Shown piece after piece: positions 24,975-37,436 of a stretch of DNA of 64,000 nt. Numbering within the stretch: position 1 is the first letter of the stretch; the number at the start of each line of letters is the position of its first letter. Made by a program: the position numbers and the translations under genes. The notes beneath the pieces are model-generated. The model was not told the origin of the DNA, made no database searches, and saw only the letters and a program-made list of their open reading frames with translations. Origin of the DNA: Octopus sinensis (lineage: Eukaryota); NCBI RefSeq assembly GCF_006345805.1, contig NC_043007.1:70494001-70558000 (forward strand). Direction: 5' to 3'.

Positions 24975-25467
24975 TATATATTGAGATGAAGGCGGCGAGC
25001 TGCCAGAAACGGTAGCACGCCGGGCGAAATGCGTAGCCGTATTTCGTCTGCCGCTACGTTCTGAGTTCAAATTCCGCCGAGGTTGACTTTACCTTTCATC
25101 CTTTCGGGGTCGATAAATTAAGTACCAGTTACGCACTGGAGTCGATGGAATCGACTTAATCGCTTTGTCTGTCCTTGTTTGTCCCCTCTGTGTTTAGCCC
25201 CTTGTGGGTAGTAAAGAAATATATATTGAGATGAAGGGTGGCGAGCTGGCAGCAACGTTAGCACGCCGAGCGAAATGCTTAGCAGTTACGTTCTGAGTTC
25301 AAATTCCGCCGAGGTCAACTTTGCCTTTCATCCTTTCGGGGTCGATTAAATAAGTACCAGTTACGCAGTGGGGTCGATATAATCGACTTAATTCGTTTGT
25401 CTGTCCTTATTTGTCCCCTCTGTGTGTAGCCCCTTGTGGGTAGTAAAGAAATAGGTATATATTGAGA
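24975..25467 (+). mobile_element. Head-to-tail dimer of an abundant SINE separated by a thrice-repeated 12-bp target sequence
   Basis: Two copies of ggcgagctg(g)cag...gagttcaaattccgccgagg...cctttcatcctttcggggtcgat...gtaaagaaat. tatatattgaga occurs at 24975, 25220 and 25456. Confidence 0.9.
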
Positions 25468-25801
25468 CGAGAACTTTAGAGATTCATTTATTCTTGGGAT
25501 CTTCTCTGACTATATATACAACTCCTCCTCCTCCTTGGAAATTAACTGAATTTGAAATAGTTGTCCAAACTCATTCTCTGAAAGCTTCTCAAAGAAATGC
25601 AGGGGATTAGCAGTCTCAGTAAAGATTTCCAACGTCGCTCGTCGATAATTACCACATTGACACTGAAAAGTTTGGTTCAACAAACATGTGAAAGATAGCT
25701 GTACAGCATAGATTGGATATTTGCAGAACTGGAAAGTATCAGAAAAATACACCCAGTAAAGCACTGAAGACTGTTATGAAATTCTTACGGTTACTTCCAG
25801 T

Positions 25802-26141
25802 GAAGGCGCATGGCTCAGTGGTTAGAGCGTCGAGCTTACGATCGTGAGGTTGTGAGCTCGAATCCCGGACCGGGCTGCGTGTTGTGTTCTCGAGCAAGGC
25901 ACTTTATTTCACGTTGCTCCAGTTCACTCAGCTGTAGAAATGAGTTGCGACGTCACTGGTGCCAAGCTGTATCGACCTTTGTCTTTCCCTTGGATAACAC
26001 TGGTGGCGTGGAGAGGGGAGGCTGGTATGCATGGGCGACTGCTGGTCTTCCATAAACAACCTTGCCCGGACTTGTATCTAGGAAGGTAACTTTCTAGGTG
26101 CAATCCCATGGTCATTCATGACCGAAGGGGGTCTTTACCCT
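25802..26141 (+). mobile_element. Full-length tRNA-derived SINE with 11-bp TSD
   Basis: Head ggcgcatggctcagtggttagagcg...gagctcgaatcccgg (A and B boxes). The TSD ttacttccagt is at 25791-25801 and 26142-26152. Confidence 0.9.
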
Positions 26142-26599
26142 TTACTTCCAGTACATATGCATTATGATATACTTTGATTAAAAACTGACAGCCGGCAATT
26201 TGCAATAAACGCAGACATGCTTGTACTTGTGTTTCAACGATTACAGGGCATCGTTTTGGCAATTGTTTCTCACCATAACACTTATTTTATTAAAGTCAAT
26301 CTTCACTAACTTGATGTGAATGGAATTGTAATAAAAAAAAAAAAAACACAAACTTACTATCTACTTTCTTCTAAACTTGTTTAAAAGGTAAAATACATTT
26401 TTCTCTTTTGGTTTCTTGATAAAAAGTTTAATACAACAAAAACTCCAAACAAAATAAGTCTTCTTCGTCCCTAGACATCCCTAGAGTTGAAACCAAGAAG
26501 AATGAGGTCCATAATAAGTATTATACTGAATTTTTTAATATTAGTTTCAAATTTTGGCACAAAGCCAGCAATTTCGGGGAAGGGATGAATTAATTACAG

Positions 26600-27062
26600 T
26601 GACTCCAGTACTTATTTTAAAGATGTTTAAATATTAGTTTCACATTTTGGCACAAGACCAGTAATTTCGGGGGATGGCATAAGGGATACATTGATCCCAG
26701 TGTTCAACTGGTAATTATTTTATCGATCCCAAAAGGGATGAAAGGTAAAGTTGACCTTACTGGCATTTGAACTTAGAACATGAAGGAGGACGAAATGCCG
26801 CTAAGCTCGGTGTGCTAATGATTCTGCCAGCTCGCCGCCTTTAAATATTCTTTTCTACTCTAGGCACAAGGCTCGAAATTTTGGGGGAGGGGTCAGTCGA
26901 TTAGATCGACACCAGTACGCAACGAGTACTAAATTTATCGACCCCGAAAGGATGAAAGGCAATGTTGACCTTGGCGGAATTTGAACTCAGAACGTAAAGA
27001 CAGACGAAATACGCTAAGCCTTTCGCCAGGCGTGCTAACGTTTATGCCAGCTCGTCGCCTTA
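26600..27062 (-). mobile_element. Two adjacent SINEs of the 24975 family
   Basis: Each carries gaccccgaaaggatgaaaggc/ttgaactcagaacgt/ccagctcgccgcc in reverse orientation. Confidence 0.8.
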
Positions 27063-27934
27063 GGATGTTTAAATATTAGAAACAGATTTTGTAGAGTTTG
27101 AAACTTATTTCCTAAAATTGTTCCCGCGTCCTTTTTCTTAGGTTTATATAGTCTTTATAAAAATATTTGTCTAGTAAAGAGAAAATAACAGCTAATGAAA
27201 CTATGCCCATCTGTACAAGATCACAAAATGGTTGTAAATGTCTGATGCGTCATATCTGACAGCCATTAACACTCGTAATGCTCTGATTTGAAGAGGATTC
27301 AAAATAGCTGCGTAATCCTCATTCGTTTGTTCAGGTTTGAATCACGTTATGATTTCATATAAGGCTGAATTTGTTTTCTGTTGCTCCTATTTATAAAGAA
27401 GAAAATACTTTAATCCCACAGCCCTAGTGGTTATTAAATAAACAACCATGGCTGACTGATTGGTCTGTAAATGCTTGGGAGGGTTTAAATTAAGAGCGGC
27501 TTACATGTCATTAAATGGCGATAATAAAAATGAGCAGGAAATATGTTTCTTTTCTATTCCTAAACAATTACGTAAATAGAGGAAGCTGCACAAGTGATTT
27601 AATATTGACAATAGAACATGAATAATTACTTCTGAATTATTTCAAATATTAAAACATATCGTTAGGAAAAAATAGAGATATTAATAGTCATTTCTCTCTA
27701 CAGTACTATTAACATCGATAAACTAATTGATTTTTTAAATACTACCAAACTAGTTAGTGATCAATTACAGCCTTAATCCTGCTATTCTCTTTTATACAAA
27801 TTATACTTAGGATCTACTAAATACAACCACCACCACTACCACCACCGTCACCACTACTACTACCACTACCACCACCAGGATGTAATAGTTAGAATCGGTT
27901 CAACTTGTCAGAAGTAGTTCCTTTCTCATACTCC

Positions 27935-28986
27935 GGATCTTTTCAATCTGACCGACAAATTTTTTTAATTAATTATTTTTTTTAGCGAAACACTTTAAAA
28001 CTTCGGATACTGGTAGAATGTGTCACACAGAACAGTGTTTACTCTTAACGTTTTTGACAATAATGCAAGTTTATATTATTTTATAATGTTCGCTTAGGAA
28101 TTCATTACTTCTAGAAAAGAATAAGACAAAATGGTCATGGCTGGAACGCCTTTTCTCACAGATCCATTACAATCAGAGCTATCCTGTGGTTAAAACAATA
28201 TTCTTCACTGAATGATGAAGCAGCTAAAGTTAAAGAAAAGTTGAAAGAATAAAAGATAGGAATTATCCATATTCCAGATATTGGGATTCCCTTATAAAAT
28301 GATATGAACTTGCATTATTTTTTAAAAATTTTCTTGAAGACGGAAATTTTATTTTTATTTTTGTCAGGAAGATTTGGTTGCTCTTTCTAGCAACTTGAGC
28401 GACCAGGTAAAGGCTCTTTCGTCTCGCCTCGTTCCCTTCATCACTTGTTGTTTAGTCCCGAGTTGGATCTGATTGAACAGATATGATCAAAGACGTCCTA
28501 ACCGTGACCATTCCGTCTTTCTACCCAGACATAATGGACTCTACGTGTATATCACAGGATAGAGGTTTTTCTATTCTGTATATTAAAAAATTTTGGCTAC
28601 TTTTTCTAGCAGGTCATGCAACCACATACAGGCTCCGTCATTGGTCTGTCTCAGTAATAATTTTGTTGTTATTTAGTTTCAAACCTATGTTGCTATAAAA
28701 ACATCTCTGGTTATTATAGAAGGGTTTTGTTAGGGGAGTGGATTAGGAAGTTGCTTGCAAATAGCAACAGTAATTTTCTTCAGCTGAATACACGTCATTG
28801 ATTGGTTAAAATTACCCAATTACGACAACTTTAACACGAAATAACTTCTAAAATACAAAATTTTGTTAAAAACGTTAAGAGTAAACCCTGTTCTATGTGA
28901 CACGTTCTACCAGTATCCGAAGTTTCAAAGTGTTTAGTTAAAAAAAAAACTAATTAAAAAATCTGTCGATCAGAGTGAAAAGATCC
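27935..28986. mobile_element. MITE with GGATCT termini, ~125-bp TIRs and perfect 8-bp TSD
   Basis: ggatcttttc...gaaaagatcc termini. TSD catactcc at 27927-27934 and 28987-28994. It carries an internal SINE-like insert (~28370-28700). Confidence 0.9.
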
Positions 28987-30353
28987 CATACTCCACTGTC
29001 CTTTAAAAGAAATATAACGTTGAACTATGTGAGCTGAAAAGACCAATTGGTTATTGCCCTTTGATCATAATTCGACCTGTTCAAACCTCTGACAAAACAG
29101 TAGCTAGTGTTGTTTAAACGTCTCCCTCTCTTTCTCTGCCTGTCTCCCTCGCACTTTCTCTCTTTCAGATACACATGCACACAACTCTATAATCAATCAA
29201 TACAATATATTCATACATATAAGAAGTAGCAGATGAGCAGTATTTAAGAATGTGTTTTCAGTCCAGCTCGTCGAAGGGTGCTGTTTATTGCTCACTTTGT
29301 ACTTTGATGTCCAGCCGACGTGACAAGTATTTTCACTTAATGATGGAGGGTGCGGTGGGGGAAAAACGACAACTCGTGAACAAAGCCAAATCGACAAAAT
29401 TTTGTACTGAAATTCAATCTTCCATTGAAGGAATCTTGTGACAAGAATTCGGAAAAATAAATACAAGAAAACAAGTATTTTGACTGAAATATTGCTATAG
29501 TCGTAGCAGTGTTTCTAACTGAGAACGGCCTGGAATTTAAGATTAGTACCTGGTCGCTCGAGTTGCTAGAAAGAGCAACCAAATCTTCCTGACAAAAAGA
29601 AAAATGAAATTTCCATCTTCAAGAAAAAAAAAAAAAATAATAATGCAAGTTTATATCATTAAGATTAGGATCGAGGCATAATGGAATTTATTTAGGAATT
29701 ACTTGTTCTACAATTCTATTAATTTTTTGTGGTTCCCCTTAAAAAATTTAGCCGAAATAAAAAAGTTATCAACCATCTACGAAGGATTTTATTCTGATGA
29801 TGGTAAAATATGTTAAGAATTATACTGCGACAGAACTTTAAACTGCCAAGTACATATCAATTTGTGTAGTTGCAACACTGAGTCATGCTGGCCAGATAAC
29901 AATCTTTGTGCGAAATGTTTTTGAGAAACCGCTAGAAAGTCTTTTAACTTCCTAGTGATTGGCTCATTTCTTAAGGCTTAAGTGCTGGTTATATCTAGTA
30001 TATCTATTAGGAAAAAGGTATTCATTTTAAAGACTGAAGGAATATACACCGGTATGAAAGCTTGAAATATATTAGAATAAAAACCCAGCAGTAGACTTCT
30101 TTTCCTGTATTGCTCACTCAGTGACTTTAAGCTGTGTTGGAGCTGTTAAATATCTGGAGTTCATACAAAGTTTGTACACCTTTTTTTTTTTCTGTGTCAC
30201 CACACAGACGGGCAAATTTGATGGACTCTTTGGCAAGTAATACAACAGTACGAACTTAGAAATAAATGTTGAATGTTTCGATGTTTAGCAGAAGCTGATG
30301 CTTTTGAAATCCTCGTAGATGAATACAACTGCATTCGGTGACTTACAAAAGAC

Positions 30354-30771
30354 GGATCTTTCGGTTTGAACGGCAGTTTTTCTAGCGGTGTCATATAAAA
30401 TTGTCACCCATAATTATGACACTAGTATCGATCTATTGTATTTCAATCTGTTTTAGGGTTAGGGTTAAAGTTAGGGGTGGGGGAAGGGTATCTTTTTTTC
30501 TTCACAAATGTAAATAAACCCAATATGTTTCTTAAACGAGGGACATTCATACGGCACAGAATGTTTTCACCTCAATAGACGTCATTGATTGGTTGAAATT
30601 GCAGAAATTGAAGAAAAAAACAACAAATATCTTACAAACTATAGAATTTTCTCAATAAAGCCAAGAGAAAAAAGATATTTAATAAACACATTCTACCAGT
30701 ATACGAAGTTTAAAAGATTTAGTTACGTGGAAATTATTTTTAAAAAACTGCCGGTCAAACCGAAAAGATCC
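30354..30771. mobile_element. 418-bp MITE with GGATCT termini and perfect 8-bp TSD
   Basis: TIRs ggatctttcggtttgaacggcagttttt / aaaaactgccggtcaaaccgaaaagatcc. TSD caaaagac at 30346-30353 and 30772-30779. Internal ttagggttaggg motif. Confidence 0.9.
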
Positions 30772-30829
30772 CAAAAGACCTGAAACACATGATTTAATAG
30801 CGCAACTGAAGTTTTTATTAAAAGCAATG

Positions 30830-31130
30830 AGCCGGCAGATTCGTTAGCACGCCAGGCAAAATTCTAATCGGTATTTCGTCTGCCGCTACGTTCGGGGGTC
30901 GATAAATTAAGTACCAGTTACGCACTGGGGCCGATATAATCGACTTAATCCGTTTGTCTGTCCTTGTTTGTCCTCCCTGTGTTAAGCCCCTTATGGGTAG
31001 TAAAGAAATAGGTATTTCGTCTGTCTTTACATTTTGAGTTCAAATTCCACGGGGGTCGATTAAATAAGTAACAGTCGAGCACCAGGGTCAATGTAATCGA
31101 CTAGTCCCTTCCCCTGAAAATTTCAGGCCT
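30830..31130 (+). mobile_element. SINE(s) of the 24975 family, rearranged
   Basis: gagccggcagattcgttagcacgcc...gggtcgataaattaagtaccagttacgcactgggg...gtaaagaaataggtat followed by a second partial body. Confidence 0.8.
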
Positions 31131-31149
31131 CGTGCTTATAGTAGAAAGG

Positions 31150-32430
31150 ATTATTATTATTATTATTATTATCAACATCATCATCATCATTATTTTCATT
31201 AGCATCTTCTTTCAATTCTGTTTCCATTTCTTCCCGAGTGTCTTCCTGGCACCTAGGGCAGAGAAACGTACTGTATACATTGGTAGGCTATTAAAACAAG
31301 CAGACCAGATTGTTCATTTACAGAGTCATGTGATAGAGAAAGAGGGGAAGACAGAGAAAAAGAGGAAAAAAATTTTAAATATAGAAAAGTAAACAAATAA
31401 AATAAGAGGGGGGGGAGAAAATTTACAACGACAATGCTATTCTCAATAAGTGCGACGCACTAGTTAAGACAATCCTTTGCACTTCCTGCATGGATGGTAA
31501 GCCAGGGATCAGTCTTACATAATTTTCAGTTCCTGGTATTGTAACCGACTAGAGACGCCACATCTTTTCGATTTCGATTAGCAGATCTTTATATTTTCTG
31601 ATGTTATCAAATTATTTTGCCTAGATATTATGGTCACAGAGTATGCTCATGTCAATCAATAAACACTTTATTGTTTTGGTCTTTCACACCAATATCTGGT
31701 TTATTTGCCTTGATGGTCCGATCTGTACATACTGGGAAGTCCCAAAGAATAGTTACATTTTCTCTCTGTTACAGCTTCAGGCTGGTGCTCGTACCATTTG
31801 TCAGCAGTTTTGATTTTATAATGCTAACTCATTATCCAACGTAAATATTGGCCAACTCTGTCATGTCTTGATTTGTACTCTACAGGTGCTAAAACTTTAC
31901 ATCCAGAGATTAGGTGGTCGACTGTTTCTAACCCATCGTTGTAATATCGGCACTTTGGGTCTACAGAGTTTTTCATCACATTGGCTTGATAGATCCGGGT
32001 CAATAAGCTCTGATCTTGGGCAGCCATGTTAAAGCCTTCACTCTCTGCCTTTAGCCTTGAGCTCCGTAGCCACTGATGGATGTGCTTCTGGTCTACATCA
32101 GCTTGTTTGCTACGGGTCACATATTTACCAAGTAGAGGTTTTTGTTCCCACCTATCAGCCAATCGTTTAAGCGCGTTTTGCTTTGCTATTAGTTTCACCT
32201 TCTTTGCAACTACAGTTACCACACTTCCCTCATGCTTTTCGACCTGAGTATTATGCATTAACTCGCTTGAAAATGTTTTGCTCTCCTTCATAACAGAATG
32301 AAGCTTCTTACGTCAATCATAGTTTTCAACGAACTTTAGCATCCAATCGTTAGATGTTTCAAGATATTTTGCCAGTCCAATTGTGATAGTTTTGTAGATT
32401 TTGCTTAGTGGCAGCAACAAATAGTTTCGC
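31150..32430 (-). pseudogene. R4/Dong-like (restriction-like endonuclease) non-LTR retrotransposon, 3' part
   Basis: WEQKPLLGKY...AESEGFNMAAQDQSLLTR...DPKCRYYNDGLETVDHLISGCKVLAPVEYKSRHDRVGQYL (CCHC-type knuckle), then ILWDFPVCTDRTIKANKPDI (RLE motif). The 3' end runs into (TAA/TGA)n. Confidence 0.85.
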
Positions 32431-32704
32431 GGGAATTTCAGTGGTCGATGAGAGAGGGGGAGAGACAGAGGAATGTCATGCTACAAAAATGAGAGAGGGA
32501 TGACAGTTCTTCGCCTGTTGGCGTGACTACTAGACAAGCAAGCAGGCAAAACAGGATGACCATCCCAATCACAAGCAACAACAACAACAGCTCCGACATC
32601 GCCGCCATCATCACCTCTGCCACTACCACTGCGAACAACAACAACAATAACAACTTTGACGGGAGAGCTACGATATAAATGATTTCCCCTCGTTAGCAAA
32701 TAGC

Positions 32705-33050
32705 TTGGCTACTGAGGTCAACAATATGAACATCACCACAGACAACAGCGTCGCTTTGACTGCGACCAACACCAATAACGACAGGAACAATACCAGCAGC
32801 AGAAACGATATAATTAACAGTAACGATAAAAACAACTCCTTTGCAGGAGCAAAATCTCCCCGAAAGGAAAACATGCGTATGAGTGAAGCTGAAGCAGAAA
32901 ATCTCCTCAGTAAAGGGGATAGGAAAACCAAGCTTGCTATCCCTTCAAATTTGATGGACGGTCAGAAGGACCATCATATATATATGTGTGTCGCTAAAGA
33001 CGAGGAAAATCATCAATACGTCACACTTCCAAGTAGAAAAATGCTTGAAG
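32705..33050 (+). pseudogene. Possible ORF1 N-terminal remnant of a LINE
   Basis: Asn/Thr-rich ORF (MATEVNNMNITT...) preceded by (caa)n-rich leader DNA and lying upstream of a Tx1-like ORF2. No diagnostic domain is recognised. Confidence 0.3.
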
Positions 33051-33054
33051 GGCA

Positions 33055-33386
33055 TAAGGTTAGGGTTAAGGTTTTAGGGTTAGGGTTAGGGTTTTAGAGT
33101 CAGGGTTGTAATAAATAACAGTGACAAACGAAATATACATCGCCGGAAGTTCTTGTTGACAAACAACAGCAGTAATTATATTCAGCTGAATACACGTCAT
33201 TGATTGGTTGAAATTACAGAAATACGAGAACTTTAACACAAATTAACTTTGTAAACATAAACTTTTCTCAAAAACGCTAAGAGTAAAAAGTGTTTTATAT
33301 GACACATTCTACCAGTATACGGAGTTACAAAGTGTTTAGTCACAAAAAATTATTTTTTAAATCTGTAGGTCAAAAAGTAAAGATCC
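33055..33386. mobile_element. Right part of a GGATCT-family MITE with telomere-like repeats
   Basis: ggttagggttaaggttttagggttagggttagg at 33058. It shares cagctgaatacacgtcattgattgg and the ttctaccagtat...aaagatcc end with the 27935-28986 element. The left end was not found. Confidence 0.75.
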
Positions 33387-33894
33387 ATTTATTTCCTCAC
33401 ACGAGGGAGACAATATGGTTCTGTGGAAGTGAGGTTCCTCGCCAGTGACGACTCGTGTATAGGAACAGCAGCATCCCTTATTTCCACTTGGTATTATCGA
33501 TAACATTCAATATAATAAGTCAATGGTACCAACAACCGTAGGAACTGCAACATCCCTTACAACGCCTGACCATCCCTACAGGCGGGCAACATAGATACAC
33601 CATATACTCCCGACACGAGCAATTCAGAAGTCTTATCATGCGACGAGGAAGGAACTTACCCCAAGAACTTGTATTAGGGAAAAGCGAAAGAATAGTTCCA
33701 AAAAAGGTCGTCCTAGGCTGAAAGTGAAAAGACATGATGAGGAAAATTCATCTAATCCATTAGCTACACTAACAACATCGACACACCCACCCAAATCCCA
33801 AGGACAAAAGCAATGAACACTCATTCAACCACCACCACAACTACAAAAAGCACCAAAACAGAAACAAGTACACGAAAAGAAACAACTATCACAA

Positions 33895-36440
33895 GAACCC
33901 GAGTGCGATTAAAAAGAGCATTGCGACCGATGTGTTATTGGCGAGAATCACCCTTGATCATTTCTTCAAAGCGTTCAAACAGGAAGGAACTAAAGCTATC
34001 CGATGGGCTCGAACGGTGGAGACGCGACGTGGAAGCAAAACCACGATCAGGTCTTTGGCGGAACGGGATGGGCGCGTACTGCGCGACTCCGAGCAGATGT
34101 GTGCGGCTTTTCAGCAGCACTTCGCGCGGCTATTTGGAAAGGGCGATGTGTCGACGACGGTACTGGACTTTAGTTCGTACCTGGACGGCTTGCCGCAGCT
34201 CTCGGCAGCTGACGCGTGGTTATGTGAAAGGCCGATAACAGCCACTGAAATTTGGGAGACGATGAGCGATTGCACAAGTTTTGGATGGCCTGCCCCGCGA
34301 ATTCTATGTATTCATGCCAGATTTGTTTCGCGACCTTTTGACAGGCGTCTACTGCAACTAGCAACATAACGGGAGAATTCCTAGTGTTGTTAGCAGAGTT
34401 GTGGGGATACTGCTGAGGATGGATGCCGACAATAGGGACGTACTGGAGAATTTTCGCCTCATAACTCTGCTAAACAAAGAGTTTAAGATCTTGGCCAAGG
34501 TGTCAGCGAAAAGGTTGGTGCTTGTCGTCGGTAGCCTGGTCGGAGAAGCGCAACCGTGAGCAGTCCCGAGCAGGTCTATCCACGACAACCTTCACTTTAT
34601 ACGATACATTATAGAGAGGGCTGGGATCACAGCTGGCTTCGGGATGCTCTGATCAATTTGGACCAATCAAAAGCATTCGGTAGGGTCGCCTGAGAGCAGG
34701 CGGTTTCGGACCCGTTTTCAGAGGCTGGATCAATGCAATGTACAGCGGCACCTGTTCAGTGGTCAAAGTAAACGGCTACCAATCGGAGCCGTTCGGTATC
34801 GCACGCTCGGTCTGTCAGGGCAGCCCGCTGTCATCTCTTCTATACGTATTGACACTCGAACCACTGTTGCGGAAGTTGGAACAGCTAAGAGGCATACCTT
34901 TCAAACTGGGACAAGGAAGGGCAGTGTCAACACACGAGAACGATGTCACCGTTATGGTGTCGGACTCCTCCGAAGTGGAGACGGTCAGCATCATCCTAAA
35001 GAAATATGAGTCAGTTGCAGGGACTAAAATCAACGCCGACAAATCAGTTGATTTGCGGTTGGGCTCCTGGAGAGGCAGGACGATGCCATCGGATGGCGTC
35101 GTCGGACGCTGGACCGACAGACCAGTTAAAGTGCTCGGGATCTGGTTTGGTCCCGACCTCCAGGTTGATAAGAACTGGGATGAGGTGGCGAACAGGGTGA
35201 CTAGTCTCACTCAGAAATGGGCTGAAAGAAAGCTGTCTCTGAAAGATCGGGCAGAGGCGGCTCACAATTTACCGCCTGACCGTCGTGCCTTGTCCCGGTT
35301 ATTGTTTGACCAGGTTGGAGCCTCTCTTATTTAAGTTCTTGTGGAAGGGACGTGTTCCAATGGTCAGGCGGTCAGTCTGTTGCCAGCATCCTCTGAGTGG
35401 CGGATTAGGTATGAGCAGACACGCGCTTAGGTTACGCCACATGCAACGATTTCTGGACGGTGAGCTCCATTTGTGAGGCTCGTATTTCCGCAGCACGTCT
35501 CCCTGATGGAGCTACAGTCCTGGGTGAAAAAAAAACCGAGACTGGGTATCTGGTACCTAGAATGTTGTCAGGTGCTCACAACCCCCTACCAGTCGGGCAA
35601 TGGGATTGGCGGATGTTCCGCTTTAGAAATTTATGGAGGATTAGTGGCGGGGAAGTGCAACGACGTTCTCAGGGAGACCCTGTTCAGGAGGACTTTCCGG
35701 TCGGGAACTATCGTGGGTAATTTCCAGATGTCCTTGGCCTAGCAGTGTCACCGGAGGTGGGGTGCTACCGGTTCGAGATAAATTCTACTGGCACGGATGT
35801 GCTGTCACACGGACTTGTCCGAGGTGCTCACAGAGTGACGAAATCGTACTACATGCATTCAGTCAGTGTCCGGGCATTGCTGACTTGTGGGTTTATGTCG
35901 AACAGCTGCTGTTACGTGTGGGACCGATCTGTCTGTCGGTCAATTCTGTAGTGATGATTGCACCGCCGCCCTCCTTCAATCGGGCAGACAAGGCAGTTTT
36001 CGTTTGCCTGGTGGCTGTAGCGAAAGAGGTTATTTGGTGGACAAAGCTGAAAGGTACGAGTACAGATACATTCCTCTTTGTAGAGCTCTCATTGACTTTT
36101 ACAAGTTTCACTTGAAAAGGAAATTGAGAGTGGAGAGGGAAGTGCTGTCCTCGAGTGAGTTTACTGAAAGGTGGGTGAAAGTTGCGAAAATGGCAAGAGT
36201 GTATGGTACCTTTCTAAGTTTAGACCTGTGAGTTAGAGAAAAGGAATTGGAGAGGGCACTTGCTCCAGGGGTTTCAGGGAAATCTTGGACAGTGAGGTTC
36301 CTCGATAATTCCTAGAGGAGTTCCTGTATCAGGAGGGCCACATCTCTATCATCGTCCACCCCTGTTACGGACTTCTTCCATTTTTTGTTTTCTTTTTTAT
36401 ATATACATATAGCGGCGTATGTACACTTTTGGTCTCTTAT
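33895..36440 (+). pseudogene. L1/Tx1-like LINE ORF2 (RT and C-terminal Cys motif) plus 3'UTR, decayed
   Basis: MCAAFQQHFARLFG...ERPITATEIW, NFRLITLLNKEFKILAKV, VCQGSPLSSLLYVLTLEPLL, degenerate YADD (HENDVTVMV), ILGIWFG-like VLGIWFG, and CPRCSQSDEIVLHAFSQC. Many frameshifts; no endonuclease domain is seen. Confidence 0.85.
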
Positions 36441-37049
36441 ATGTAAGTACACACACTCACACCCCCACTCACACACGCCCCCCACACACATGTATGTATA
36501 TAAATTCTGTACAACTCTCTTTTTCTTTCTTTCAGCCCCTTCACACTTACTTCGTTCTTTCCACTTTTCTTTTCCCCCACTCTCACATTTCTTGGCCTTC
36601 CCTTCATTCTTACCTTCCCTCATCTTTTACCTCACTCTGTCCCTTTTCTTTTCTTTCTTTCTTTCTCGTCCCTCCCTAATTCTTCTATCCATCTGCCCCT
36701 ACCTCTCTCCTCTCTTTCCACGTGACCGGTGTTCCGCCAAGCCTGACCTTTCTTTCTTGGTTCAACTGTCATCCGTGCAATATTTATTCCTATTTTTTTC
36801 GTCCTTGTTTTCGTATACATTCGCTTGCTTTCTCCCAATGAATCTGGTGCTCTTAGCTTAGATTTTTTTGGGGCCTGCTAGACTGGAGCAGTCTCGAGTG
36901 TAACCGGTCGAAACTGCTGAGAAAATCTGGAACTCGACCGAAGATAGAAAACTCCGAATGACCCGTCCTTGTTTTTTTTCCTGTCCTTTTTTGTATCGTC
37001 TAACTGTCCGGATGTTTTGTTGTCTCCTGTTACGTTCTTGTTCCATTTT

Positions 37050-37428
37050 ATGTTTATTCTCTAGAAAAACGACGACGCCGTGGTGATCTCATTCTTGCTC
37101 ACAACATCATAAGCGGAAAGTGTAACCTCTCGAAAGAACTGTTCTTCACTCCTGCTCCAGAGCGTCGGCTGCGGGGTCACTCCGAAAAGCTCTATCTGCG
37201 ACGATTTCATCTCAATCGAAGGAGAGGGGCTTTCTCCGTCCGGGTTGCAGATCCGTGGAATAAGCTGCCGGACGAGATAGTGAAGATGCCGACGACCGCT
37301 CGGTTCAAAGTCTCCCTTGACCACAAATGGCCTGAACTCTTTGCATGAACACCCTCCCTGTACATAACTCCATGTCCCCCTACATGGCTTTTTGCTTTTT
37401 GCTTTTTGAGCCAAAAAATTAACTAACA
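37050..37428 (+). mobile_element. 5'-truncated CR1 LINE 3' end, young-looking
   Basis: Open frame 37055-37348: YSLEKRRRRGDLILAHNII...RLRGHSEKL...FSVRVADPWNKLPDEIV...FKVSLD...*. It is followed by a short 3'UTR and an aattaactaac tail. Confidence 0.9.
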
Positions 37429-37436
37429 TATATATA

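Noticed and set aside
25802-25880. tRNA gene (also 2820-2893 and 61130-61205)
   Set aside because: The tRNA-like head continues into a shared SINE body, and the whole element is flanked by an 11-bp TSD.
30450-30480. True telomere or chromosome-fusion scar (also 33058-33105)
   Set aside because: Only a few degenerate units, located inside MITE bodies.
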